63,958 nucleotides of DNA, filler included, from Candidatus Babelota bacterium (GCA_017999075.1; 11 parts of 11 records of this genome joined end to end with filler, not necessarily neighbours in it), one strand, 5' to 3'; numbered from the whole stretch's first letter, positions 37,507-46,772 are shown. Made by a program: numbers and translations. The notes: generated by a model not told the origin, from the sequence alone.

Positions 37507-39891
37507 TTGATGATTTATAAAACTAAAATTATTAAAATTTTTATAACAGGAATTATATTCCTATTAATATTTTTTTCACATCTGATATACGCTGATGGTA
37601 TTTCAGCCGGCTCGTATATCAGATGGGGAAATATTAATTTTAACGATTTGACAGATACTTCAGGAGAACTTGCGGTTTATTATACATTACCAGGTTTTTC
37701 TACGGTTATGTATAATTTTTCTAACGACGGAAATACTGTAGTTAGTCCGGTTTACGGAAATACTTTATTTTTTAATGAAACAGAAGTTTTTTGTTTAAAT
37801 AATGAGACAAAAGTAATTTCATTCAGTTTAGTAAATAATGGAAATACATCAGCTGTTATTATGATTGACACAAGCATAATAAGTTATTCAAGACCTGAAA
37901 TTTCTGACAGTGTTTCGGTATATGTTTATATTGATTCTAATAATGATAGTACGTTAAATCCTGGGGATTATGCTGTTGACAGTATTTCTCTGGAAGCAGG
38001 AAATGAGACTAATTTATTGTTTGTAATGAATTTTTTTGATGGTATAATTTCAGGTGATACTTATAAAATAAATATAACTGCTTTTAATATAAATTCTGAT
38101 ACAGGTGGATACATAGGATCAAATAATATTCAATATTGCGGAGAAGGGAATTCTTCAAAAATGATAAATGCGAGATTTGGAATTCCTTATGATATAATTT
38201 GTCCTGACTGGGCAGACACTTTTTATCAAATTAATGTGGATAATATAATAGGAACAGATAATGAATATATTATTGCATTAAATAACGTAGATATTTTAAG
38301 AGTTTTTATTACAAGTCAGACGGAATTAGATAGCTGGACAATAATAGTAAATCCTGTTGATACTGGCGGATATCTGCGTTTAAAATCTCCTGATACTGTT
38401 TTCATAGCTTCAACAAATTATAATAACATTTCACGTTCAGGATATGGAGCAGGGAAATTGCTTCAGGCAGATATGTTTGATTCAACATATTCTTCTGCAG
38501 GGATAAATTATTATTCGGACAGTCCGATTATTAAAATAAATTATTTATCAAATAGTATATCAACTGATTATGGGTTGCTTAGATTTTATTATTTAAATTT
38601 AAGCGATTCGGTATGGTATGAAGCTACTGATTTGGCAAATGGCGCTGCGCCTAATAGTTTATATTCGGTAGAATCAGAAACCGGAAATTTATCTTTAAAT
38701 ATACAGCATTTATCTCACTGGTGGCTTGGTTCTTTAATAGATACAGTAACAGTAATTAAAAGTATTAATAATTTAACAGATACAGGATTAATAAATGATA
38801 CATTTGTAGGCGGCTCAATTTTTATAATGGGAGATACAGTTGCAGGTGATACTCTTGTAATGTTTGGAATAGAAAATTATGGTGACATTGATACAAGTGC
38901 AATTGATTATATTTCTTTATATGAAGATGTGAATAATATTGGAAAATATGAAGAAGGGATAGATACTTTTGCCGGAATATTGAATTTGTCAGGAAATAGC
39001 TGGATTAATAGTTCATTAAATTATCATTTTAGCGATAATGATACTGGAAATAATTTTATAGTTACAGTTAAAATTAACAATAATGCAGTTTCGGGTGAGA
39101 CATTTCAAATGATAATACCGGCTATGTTTGTAAAATCATCAGATGAAAATACAGGTCCGGCTTTACTAATTACAGGATTTGATTCGGTAACAGTTATATC
39201 TTTAAGCAGCTCAGCTGGAATAATAGCATTTACATATCCTTCAACATCAGGAAACCCGATAGATACAACTGTGTCTTCAATAACAGTGATTGGGACAATA
39301 AGCGGAGCATCTGCAGGAAACACCGTAACAATATATTTAGGTTCAACGCCGTGCACGTCTATAATATTGACTAACGCAGATTCAACATTGTTCAGTTGTT
39401 CTGTAACGCTCAGTTTAGATACAAATTACATAAGCGCGTATCTTGATACCGGAATAATATCAGATTGGGATACGATACAGGTTAATCATATTATGACTTA
39501 TATTATTTCTGGAACAATTGACAGAGAAGGATCATTAGTTGATTCAGGTGTAATTATAAATATTTTTAACGGCATGGAAACACAAAGTACAATTACAAAT
39601 TCATCCGGATATTATTCTTTAACAGTTAGTTATTCCGATACATATATTGTTAGATTTTTAAAATCCGGATATAAAACCCACCAAATAAATATATATGTTT
39701 CTTCAAATTATAATATTGATACTTTAGTATTGACTGCAGGAGATTTTATTAATGATGGTTCAATAAATGCAAAAGATTCAGCTTTTATTAGAAAATATTT
39801 TGGGCAAATATTGCCTGAATATGACATAGACGGTGATAATATAATAGGCGCTGTTGAAAAAGAATATTTGATAAGAAATTATTTAAAATAA
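37507..39891 (+). CDS. Secreted multidomain protein with HLS module, Ig/carboxypeptidase-regulatory-like domains and a C-terminal dockerin-like domain
   Basis: Signal peptide IYA|DGISAG; LRFYYL...WYEA...HLSHWWLG; AGDFINDGSINAKDSAFIRKYFG...YDIDGDNIIGAVE. Confidence 0.8.
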   Translation: MMIYKTKIIKIFITGIIFLLIFFSHLIYADGISAGSYIRWGNINFNDLTDTSGELAVYYTLPGFSTVMYNFSNDGNTVVSPVYGNTLFFNETEVFCLNNETKVISFSLVNNGNTSAVIMIDTSIISYSRPEISDSVSVYVYIDSNNDSTLNPGDYAVDSISLEAGNETNLLFVMNFFDGIISGDTYKINITAFNINSDTGGYIGSNNIQYCGEGNSSKMINARFGIPYDIICPDWADTFYQINVDNIIGTDNEYIIALNNVDILRVFITSQTELDSWTIIVNPVDTGGYLRLKSPDTVFIASTNYNNISRSGYGAGKLLQADMFDSTYSSAGINYYSDSPIIKINYLSNSISTDYGLLRFYYLNLSDSVWYEATDLANGAAPNSLYSVESETGNLSLNIQHLSHWWLGSLIDTVTVIKSINNLTDTGLINDTFVGGSIFIMGDTVAGDTLVMFGIENYGDIDTSAIDYISLYEDVNNIGKYEEGIDTFAGILNLSGNSWINSSLNYHFSDNDTGNNFIVTVKINNNAVSGETFQMIIPAMFVKSSDENTGPALLITGFDSVTVISLSSSAGIIAFTYPSTSGNPIDTTVSSITVIGTISGASAGNTVTIYLGSTPCTSIILTNADSTLFSCSVTLSLDTNYISAYLDTGIISDWDTIQVNHIMTYIISGTIDREGSLVDSGVIINIFNGMETQSTITNSSGYYSLTVSYSDTYIVRFLKSGYKTHQINIYVSSNYNIDTLVLTAGDFINDGSINAKDSAFIRKYFGQILPEYDIDGDNIIGAVEKEYLIRNYLK

Positions 39892-39926
39892 CAATTATAA
39901 ATTTTAAGTTGAAAAATTTTTCCGGT

Positions 39927-41507
39927 TTATTTTTTAAATATCCATGCCTTATATCCAAAAAATATTTTAATCGCTTGATAAAATTTGTTAGGTAATAATT
40001 TTTTTAATATATATTTTCCAATGAAAAATTGGAGATTTGTAAGCTTATTGCATAATTCCACTTCAAACAGAAAATGAAATTTTTTATTTTTATAACGGTA
40101 ACGTACTATTTTTGAAGCAATATAACCAAAAAGATTAGGTGAATATGCGGAACTTGTAGAATGAACATATTCTTTATATTGGTTATATGAATTAAATTCT
40201 TTATGAAACGGATAATTTGCTATTGCAGCATATGCAGAACATTTTTTTGCATAATTATGAGGCAGCCATGTTATCCTTTTATATGAATTGTCAGGCATTT
40301 TATAATTTCCCCATTCTTCTAATGTCTGAGGAGCTTTGAAATTGTGTTTTGTTACAAGAAGTTCAAATATTGAAGTTCCGGGAAGAGGAATTAAAATAAA
40401 CCACCCCAATACTATATGATTATTGTCAGCGGAAATTCTGTCTATTACAGATAATGTGGCTTGAAAATCTTCTTCGTGTTCATCAGGGAAACAGCAGATA
40501 AAACTTACTCTGTGTGTTATTTTATTTTTTTTCAATATATCGACTGTTTTTTCTATTTGTTCGATTTTTATATCTTTTTTTATTATTTCATCAAGCATCC
40601 TTTGAGATCCTGATTCAGCTCCTAAACTTAAATAATAACATCCTGATTTTTTTAACACATCTACAAATTCCTGCCCTATTTCATTATATGCTTTAACAAA
40701 AGTATCAAATCTGCAAAATGAACTCCAGCGAATTTCTATTTTTTTGTCAATTACAATCTTAAAAATTTCGAACGCCCTTCTATAATCAATAAAAAATTCA
40801 TCGTCAAAATCAAAATAAAAATTTGAAACCTTATATTTTTTTTTTAAGAATTCAATTTCTTCAACAACTCTTGCTGCTGATTTTTGTCTGTATTTACGTT
40901 TATTCATAACAGGATTATAACAAAAACCGCATCTATACGGACATCCACGCGAAGTATGTACAGGCATAGCTAAAGATTTGAAAATATGTCTCCCGAGCAG
41001 TTCGAAAGGTAAATCGATATCAAGTTTTTCCATATCTATGAAATCTCTGGGGGGGTTGATAAAAATTTTATTTTCATTATTTTTATATCCGATTCCTTTT
41101 ATATTTTCAAATGATTTTTTATGTATCATAGCGTCAGCAAGTTCTTTTACAGTTTCCTCCCCCTCTCCAATAACTACCACATCCACCAATTTGTTTTTAA
41201 GAGATTCTTCAGGCAGCAATGAAGGATGAACTCCGCCAAGAACTATAGGTATATTAGTATTGTAATTTTTTATTTTATTGGCAATATTCAATCCATTTGT
41301 GATAAAATCTCCTGTTAACATGGTTATTCCGACAAATAGATAATTATCATACTGTAATTCGTTTAAATTTTGGATTCCATAATGAAAAATTTTGACTTCG
41401 ATATTTATCTTTTGTAAGGCTTTTGCAACGTATAATAAACCAAGGGCAAAACTCATCCCCATAGATTTGCTGCCCGGATATACTAATAAGACTTTTTGTT
41501 GATTCAT
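39927..41507 (-). CDS. Cobalamin-binding (class B) radical SAM protein
   Basis: GGVHPSLLPEE, VVIGEGE, TSRGCPYRCGFC, GAESGSQRML. Confidence 0.92.
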   Translation of the reverse strand: MNQQKVLLVYPGSKSMGMSFALGLLYVAKALQKINIEVKIFHYGIQNLNELQYDNYLFVGITMLTGDFITNGLNIANKIKNYNTNIPIVLGGVHPSLLPEESLKNKLVDVVVIGEGEETVKELADAMIHKKSFENIKGIGYKNNENKIFINPPRDFIDMEKLDIDLPFELLGRHIFKSLAMPVHTSRGCPYRCGFCYNPVMNKRKYRQKSAARVVEEIEFLKKKYKVSNFYFDFDDEFFIDYRRAFEIFKIVIDKKIEIRWSSFCRFDTFVKAYNEIGQEFVDVLKKSGCYYLSLGAESGSQRMLDEIIKKDIKIEQIEKTVDILKKNKITHRVSFICCFPDEHEEDFQATLSVIDRISADNNHIVLGWFILIPLPGTSIFELLVTKHNFKAPQTLEEWGNYKMPDNSYKRITWLPHNYAKKCSAYAAIANYPFHKEFNSYNQYKEYVHSTSSAYSPNLFGYIASKIVRYRYKNKKFHFLFEVELCNKLTNLQFFIGKYILKKLLPNKFYQAIKIFFGYKAWIFKK

Positions 41508-41525
41508 TTTAAATAATAGTTATAT

Positions 41526-42779
41526 TTATTTTACAAATTTAAATAAAAATTTTGATGATATTCTTTTAATTGATTTCAAAAAACCGAAAAATAGTATTAA
41601 TACTCCAAACTTATTCAAATGCCTTGCAGTTTTTAATGCTGATCTGAATTTTATAAGAATAAGTTGAATAAAAAATATATAAAAATATTGGCTGACAGTT
41701 TTAATTTTAAAATTTTTGTCAATATAAATTTGTGAAGATTTGAGCGGAGTTTGATTATTAATGAGAGTAATCAGTGAATCCAGTAATTTTGGAATAAATA
41801 TTTCTGCTGCATACATATTATTTGCTTTTAAATACATATTTTCCGCTATTTTATTTCGTTCGTGTTCATTTTGTAAATAAAATTTAATTTTATTAAGCAA
41901 ATCATTTTTATTGTAAAACACTTCGATTTCTTTTCCTGGTTCAAAAGTATATTTAATTGAAGGAGAATATTCTGTTAGACAAAAAGAACGGGTCATTCCG
42001 ATTTCCATAGGTCTTCCTTTATTTTGACGTATATTTTGAGACAAAATATTATCATCATTAAACCATACATTGTGCGCATTAGAAAATGAATATATATCTG
42101 TTTTAGTAAAATTCAAATTGATTTTTGATTTTAAAAAAATTTCGCGTATTTCCGATTTTTCTATAAACCCGTTTTCGCTTTTTTTTCCAAAGGTTTCTAT
42201 TTTTATTCCATTTTTTTTTATAAAATCAATATATTCCATTCTATCTGATTTTGAACAATCTCCTACAAATGAAACATCATATTCTTTTTTTAAATCTTCA
42301 TGATAAAATTCTTTTTTTGAATAACTTGAAAAATAATATAATGCCGGAACACCCAATTTTTCATATTGAAATACAGAATAATAATCGCATGTTATTGCCG
42401 CGTCTGCAACTTGAGCGTAATATTTTGAATAAACATCAAAAATAAGTTCGTCGTCAAGAACAAAAAGAACCAGTTTTAATTCTTTATATTTTTTTAAATC
42501 GTTGAAGAAAAAAGGATGTAATTCGAAACTGCTTCCGAACGGCATAAAAAATATAATAGAAATATTATTTTTTAATATTATATTTTTAATTTCATTATGT
42601 ACATAACTTACTCCGAAATTAATACATTTGTCATAAAAATAATAAATTATACCAGATAAAAAATATTCGGAAATTTTTGACGCATTAAAACTTGCATAGT
42701 CATTTATTTTATTTGTATTTTCAAGCCGCGGCTGTAATATTAAAATATTATCTTTTTTTGAATGAATTTTGTTAGTCAT
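41526..42779 (-). CDS. CgeB-like glycosyltransferase (Glyco_trans_1_2)
   Basis: YDVSFVG...R, SKINLNF, QNKGRPMEI...F.LTEY, FEPGKEI...ERNKIA. Confidence 0.82.
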   Translation of the reverse strand: MTNKIHSKKDNILILQPRLENTNKINDYASFNASKISEYFLSGIIYYFYDKCINFGVSYVHNEIKNIILKNNISIIFFMPFGSSFELHPFFFNDLKKYKELKLVLFVLDDELIFDVYSKYYAQVADAAITCDYYSVFQYEKLGVPALYYFSSYSKKEFYHEDLKKEYDVSFVGDCSKSDRMEYIDFIKKNGIKIETFGKKSENGFIEKSEIREIFLKSKINLNFTKTDIYSFSNAHNVWFNDDNILSQNIRQNKGRPMEIGMTRSFCLTEYSPSIKYTFEPGKEIEVFYNKNDLLNKIKFYLQNEHERNKIAENMYLKANNMYAAEIFIPKLLDSLITLINNQTPLKSSQIYIDKNFKIKTVSQYFYIFFIQLILIKFRSALKTARHLNKFGVLILFFGFLKSIKRISSKFLFKFVK

Positions 42780-43284
42780 TAATTTTTTCCAATACACAAT
42801 TTAATCTTTGAATACATGCGTCATCTTCATTGAAGTTAGTTAAATAATTTATTTGTCTATAATTTTTTTTTATATATTCGTTTTTTTCAAAATTTATATA
42901 TTTTATTTCAAAATTTATATTTGAAAATAATTTTTTCCAATCAGAAAATCTTAAGCGATTTACATAAGAAGTTCTGTTTATAGTCATCATCTCCCATAAT
43001 TTTTTGCTGTATTTCAAACATTCGAAAATATTTTTTTCGTCGTCTAAATTATAATGATCCCTTAAATCAATTTGAGTTATAAGCAATCCGTTTTTTTTTA
43101 AAACGCGGTTGCATTCTCTTATAACGCATTCCGGAAACCGCAGATGTTCAAAAGTATCGTTTGAAATTATAACGTCAAAAATTTTGTTGCCGAAAGGGAA
43201 AATTTTACCATCATATATTTTTAAATCAATACTTTTATTTTTTGACAAGGACTTATTATTAAAATAACTGACTATATCAAGAGC
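42772..43284 (-). CDS. Class I SAM-dependent methyltransferase, 5'-partial
   Basis: FPFGNKIFDVIISNDTFEHL...RVLKKNG...IDLRDH, NRLR. Confidence 0.82.
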   Translation of the reverse strand, partial: ALDIVSYFNNKSLSKNKSIDLKIYDGKIFPFGNKIFDVIISNDTFEHLRFPECVIRECNRVLKKNGLLITQIDLRDHYNLDDEKNIFECLKYSKKLWEMMTINRTSYVNRLRFSDWKKLFSNINFEIKYINFEKNEYIKKNYRQINYLTNFNEDDACIQRLNCVLEKIND

Positions 43285-43384
43285 NNNNNNNNNNNNNNNN
43301 NNNNNNNNNNNNNNNNNNNNNNNNNNNNTTAATTAATTAANNNNNNNNNNNNNNNNNNNNNNNNNNNNNNNNNNNNNNNNNNNN

Positions 43385-44608
43385 ACAACATTGTTATTTC
43401 TGCTGATTGATTTTCTCTTGAAAATTAAAACAGAAAAAAAATATATATGTTACATAAATCTTGAGACCATACAGGATTATAAAATATTTTCAAATCCGCA
43501 ACTGTTTATTGAAAATATCCGCGCGGGCTGTAATCCGAAAAAAAAAATATTTGTATTCATAGACGAAATACAGCGTATTCAAAATTCAGGAATGTTCCTT
43601 AAAGGATTATTTGATTTGCAGCCGAACATAAAATTGTTTGTGTCAGGTTCATCATCGCTTGAAATCCAATCAAAAACAAAAGAATTTTTAACCGGCAGAA
43701 AAAAAGAAACTGTATTATTACCTCTGACTTTTAACGAAATTGTTGATTACAATCAAAAGTTGCCTGCAATGAAATATATTAGTCTTGCGCATAAAAATAT
43801 CAATAGATGGCGCGAGCTTGATAAAATATATTCTGCATTACTGATAAAGCAGATCGAAAAATCAGCGTTATTCGGGCATTATCCGGCAATATTAAAAAAA
43901 TCAGGCAATACTGATAAAATAGAAACGCTTAACGAACTTTTCAATTCATATGTAAAGAAAGATGTAGTTGATTTTATTAAAATTGAGAAAACTGATTTGT
44001 TTAATCAATTAGTTAAGGTTTTAAGCGGACAGATAGGAAATCTTATAAATAAATCAGAAATTGGTTCACATATTCAAATAAATTCCGCAACGCTTAATCA
44101 TTATCTTTCAGTATTGCAGGACACATTTGTTACTCATTATCTCCCGCCTTATACGAGTTTGAGGCGTAACGAAGTTAAATCAGCGCACAAATGTTTTTTC
44201 TTTGATAATGGTTTGAGAAATTTTGCGTTACGGATGTTTTCAGAACTTGAATTCCGGCCGGATAAAGGAATGCTTCTTGAAAATCTTGTGTTCACAGAAA
44301 TTTATAAAAAATTATCCGTGGAACAGGAATTATTTTTCTGGCGCACTAAAGCAGGCGCGGAAGTCGATTTTGTTTTGACTTTCGGTAATAATATTATACC
44401 TATAGAAGTTAAATCAGGTTCAGTTAAAAGCGGTATGATATCGAAAAGTTTTCATTCATTTATAGATAATTTTAAACCTGTGGCCGGTATTTGTCTGAAC
44501 AAGGATACATTCGATATTGCAAATATTAGCGGTTCAAGAATTTATTATATTCCGATACATTGGTTTCTGATTTATTTCAGAGAAATTATTCAGGATATAT
44601 TAAAATGA
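43385..44608 (+). CDS. AAA_14/DUF4143 ATP-binding protein, 5'-partial
   Basis: FIDEIQR, VSGSSS, LTGR, FFDNGLRN, LENLV, FWRTKAGAEVDFV, PIEVK. Confidence 0.9.
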   Translation, partial: TTLLFLLIDFLLKIKTEKKYICYINLETIQDYKIFSNPQLFIENIRAGCNPKKKIFVFIDEIQRIQNSGMFLKGLFDLQPNIKLFVSGSSSLEIQSKTKEFLTGRKKETVLLPLTFNEIVDYNQKLPAMKYISLAHKNINRWRELDKIYSALLIKQIEKSALFGHYPAILKKSGNTDKIETLNELFNSYVKKDVVDFIKIEKTDLFNQLVKVLSGQIGNLINKSEIGSHIQINSATLNHYLSVLQDTFVTHYLPPYTSLRRNEVKSAHKCFFFDNGLRNFALRMFSELEFRPDKGMLLENLVFTEIYKKLSVEQELFFWRTKAGAEVDFVLTFGNNIIPIEVKSGSVKSGMISKSFHSFIDNFKPVAGICLNKDTFDIANISGSRIYYIPIHWFLIYFREIIQDILK

Positions 44609-44913
44609 ATTATTCCTGCAGGGATTATTATGACTATATGCGCCTCAAGATGTAATAACAAGGAATTGTGTGTAATGATACTGAAATACACTGTTGATTT
44701 GTCACTGCCCCATGAAGAACGCGGAACTACTTTAATGTCTGATAAAACAGCTCTTAAAAGCGCGCATAAACTTACATGAGTGCTATATGATTCAGTCGCC
44801 GAGTATTGTTATACCGGCGCAGGCGCATATTTTGTAAAGAAGATAACCAAACGCGTTTTTGCGGTAAAAAATGCGATTTAGTTATTATATTTTTATTAAA
44901 CAACAGCTTTGTG

Positions 44914-45070
44914 AGCGGGCGTGCCGGTGTGGAGGCTTATGAATTATACCGGACATAAAACGCTTGCTATGGTTATGCGATATACGCATTTAGAGAACGC
45001 GGACAGCGGGTTAAAACTACTTGACAATAAACCGGAAATCAAAGCAGATAAAGCAATAAATCAAGCGTAA
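44914..45070 (+). pseudogene. C-terminal remnant of a tyrosine recombinase (phage-integrase type)
   Basis: Reads AGVPVWRLMNYTGHKTLAMVMRYTHL, the box II GH...RY.H motif; an in-frame stop lies directly upstream. Confidence 0.75.
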
Positions 45071-45139
45071 ATCTTTAAAATTAGCTACGGTTTTTTTAAA
45101 AAATTTAATTAATTTAGTTGTAAGTGATTGAAAATAAAA

Positions 45140-45186
45140 GTGAACCGCCTGAGAGTCGAACCCAGAACCTACGGATTAAGAGTCCG
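45140..45186 (-). mobile_element. 3' half of tRNA-Lys(CTT), an att core; not a complete tRNA
   Basis: Minus strand CGGA-CTCTTAA-TCCG anticodon arm, CTGGG-TTCGACT-CTCAG T arm and 3' acceptor strand; no D arm or 5' acceptor; flanked by IHF-like TATCAATAACTTA (45212) and TTTGGTAC repeats. Confidence 0.8.
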
Positions 45187-45338
45187 TTGATTTTAGAACT
45201 ATCGGATTTATTATCAATAACTTATCTCGAAAAATGCTTTTGGTACTTCTTTGGTACAATCGATATTAACGCTCCATATATATATATTTATTTTAACCGG
45301 TATATTTAAGGGAAATAATTCTACCCGGATAGAGAATC

Positions 45339-45406
45339 AAGGGCAGTTTTTTTATAATGGGTAATTTTAAAATAAAAAAAATGGTAATTTTAAAAAAAAA
45401 TTGACA
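45339..45406. mobile_element. IS21-family-like terminal repeat (solo end)
   Basis: Ends in ...TTGACA (TGTCAA read inward) with two GGTAATTTTAAAA internal repeats ~22 nt apart; near-identical copy at 46439-46509. Confidence 0.6.
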
Positions 45407-45560
45407 AGTCCCATTTTCGCGACGCATCTCCTTGAAAAAAAGGTACAGATGTCAGATATATTCAGGAATTGCTGGGGCATCCAAATGTTAAAACAACACA
45501 AATATACATACACAGGAAATCGGTAAAATTAAAAATCTTGCCGAAGATCTTTTTACTTGA
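45407..45560 (+). pseudogene. Frameshifted C-terminal remnant of an IntI/XerD-like integrase
   Basis: FATHLLEK / GTDVRYIQELLGHPNVKTTQIYIH / EIGKIKN, with frameshifts between the pieces; 5' end stops at the IS-like end. Confidence 0.8.
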
Positions 45561-45642
45561 TTTTATTAAATATATAAATAAAATTTAATCCATGTTAAAT
45601 TAGCGAGTATTTTATAATAAATACATTTGAAGGTCATTTACC

Positions 45643-45715
45643 CGAAGTTAACTTCGCCTTTTATCCATATTCGGCACAAATAGCGAAGTCTACTGCGTGT
45701 AAAAAATAGTTAGAC
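45643..45715 (+). other. attI-like region ending in the core site GTTAGAC
   Basis: Palindrome CGAAGTTAACTTCG (45643-45656), a second GCGAAGT, and GTTRRRY core at 45709-45715 with no attC hairpin ahead of it. Confidence 0.55.
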
Positions 45716-45745
45716 GATAGTGTCCTAATTTTAAAGACGGGAATA

Positions 45746-46159
45746 ATGAATAAAAAATATATATTTTTTTTAATATTAAGTTTTATTTTCGGATTATTAG
45801 GTGAAAAATTTGGTATTAGGGATATACCAATAACCTCAAGTTCTGATTTCATTTTCATTCTACCAACAGTAATTCTTATTTTAGTTATTGGAATAATAAT
45901 TTTTCCTATTACTGTGAAAATAAATCCAATGAGTATATGGGAACCAATCTTAAATAAAAAAATTTATACTTTCAGAGAAATGCCTTATCAGATATTGTGT
46001 TCTCTGTTTGCAGGACTCGGAGTAATAATTAGTCTTGCTGTTAGAAAACAACAGATCAGTTTAATTGGAAGCATTTTGATTATATCTTCTTTAAGTTTAT
46101 TTATTGGAATAAAACGCATTAAAAAAAAATATGGCAATGATTTTTTTAAAGAAAATTAA
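45746..46159 (+). CDS. Cassette-borne four-TM hypothetical membrane protein
   Basis: 137 aa with four hydrophobic segments; bounded by GTTAGAC and GTCTAAC core sites with very short flanks. Confidence 0.75.
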   Translation: MNKKYIFFLILSFIFGLLGEKFGIRDIPITSSSDFIFILPTVILILVIGIIIFPITVKINPMSIWEPILNKKIYTFREMPYQILCSLFAGLGVIISLAVRKQQISLIGSILIISSLSLFIGIKRIKKKYGNDFFKEN

Positions 46160-46188
46160 TTTTATATTATTTAGGTCGGACACCAATC

Positions 46189-46275
46189 GTCTAACTTCAT
46201 CCTGTCCCTCGTGCCTTCGCGCGGCCGCGTGCGGTCATCCGCTCTGCGAGCGGACGAGGACAGGACGTGTTATAC
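46189..46275 (+). mobile_element. attC-like recombination site (87 nt)
   Basis: R'' GTCTAAC, L'' TCCTGTCCCTCGT, L' ACGAGGACAGGA (one unpaired C), R' GTTATAC; GC-rich internal hairpins in AT-rich DNA. Confidence 0.8.
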
Positions 46276-46438
46276 GTCTGTGNNNNNNNNNNNNNNNNNN
46301 NNNNNNNNNNNNNNNNNNNNNNNNNNTTAATTAATTAANNNNNNNNNNNNNNNNNNNNNNNNNNNNNNNNNNNNNNNNNNNNAGTTAAAACATTTAATAA
46401 TGTAGGAGGTGATAAAGTAAAATAAAGCATATTTTCTT

Positions 46439-46509
46439 AAGGGGAGTTTTTTTTAATAATGGGTAATTTTAAAATAAAAAAAACGGGTAATTTTAAAAAA
46501 AAATTGACA
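46439..46509. mobile_element. IS21-family-like terminal repeat near contig start
   Basis: Two GGGTAATTTTAAAA repeats then TTGACA; matches 45339-45406; the contig breaks ~55 nt upstream, as expected for a multicopy element. Confidence 0.6.
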
Positions 46510-46772
46510 CCGAAATTTATTATATTAAATCTGTACCAAAATTGATAGCCAGACCGATGAACAGAAAACAAATACACCGCATAGAAAACAGAGTTGGGTA
46601 AAAAAATCTCTGTACCACCGGCGTACCAAAAATCAGGTAAAAGCGGGTAAAAATAGGTAAATTCAAGCCCCAAAAACAGATCAAAATATGGTCAATTTTA
46701 ACGATATAAAGCCTTTATTATCAATATGTTATCTGCTAAACTAGAGCGTTGTTCATAAAAATGCCAAGTTGC

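Noticed and set aside
44609-44900. Possible degraded ORF between the ATPase and the integrase remnant
   Set aside because: Interrupted by stops and has no recognisable motif
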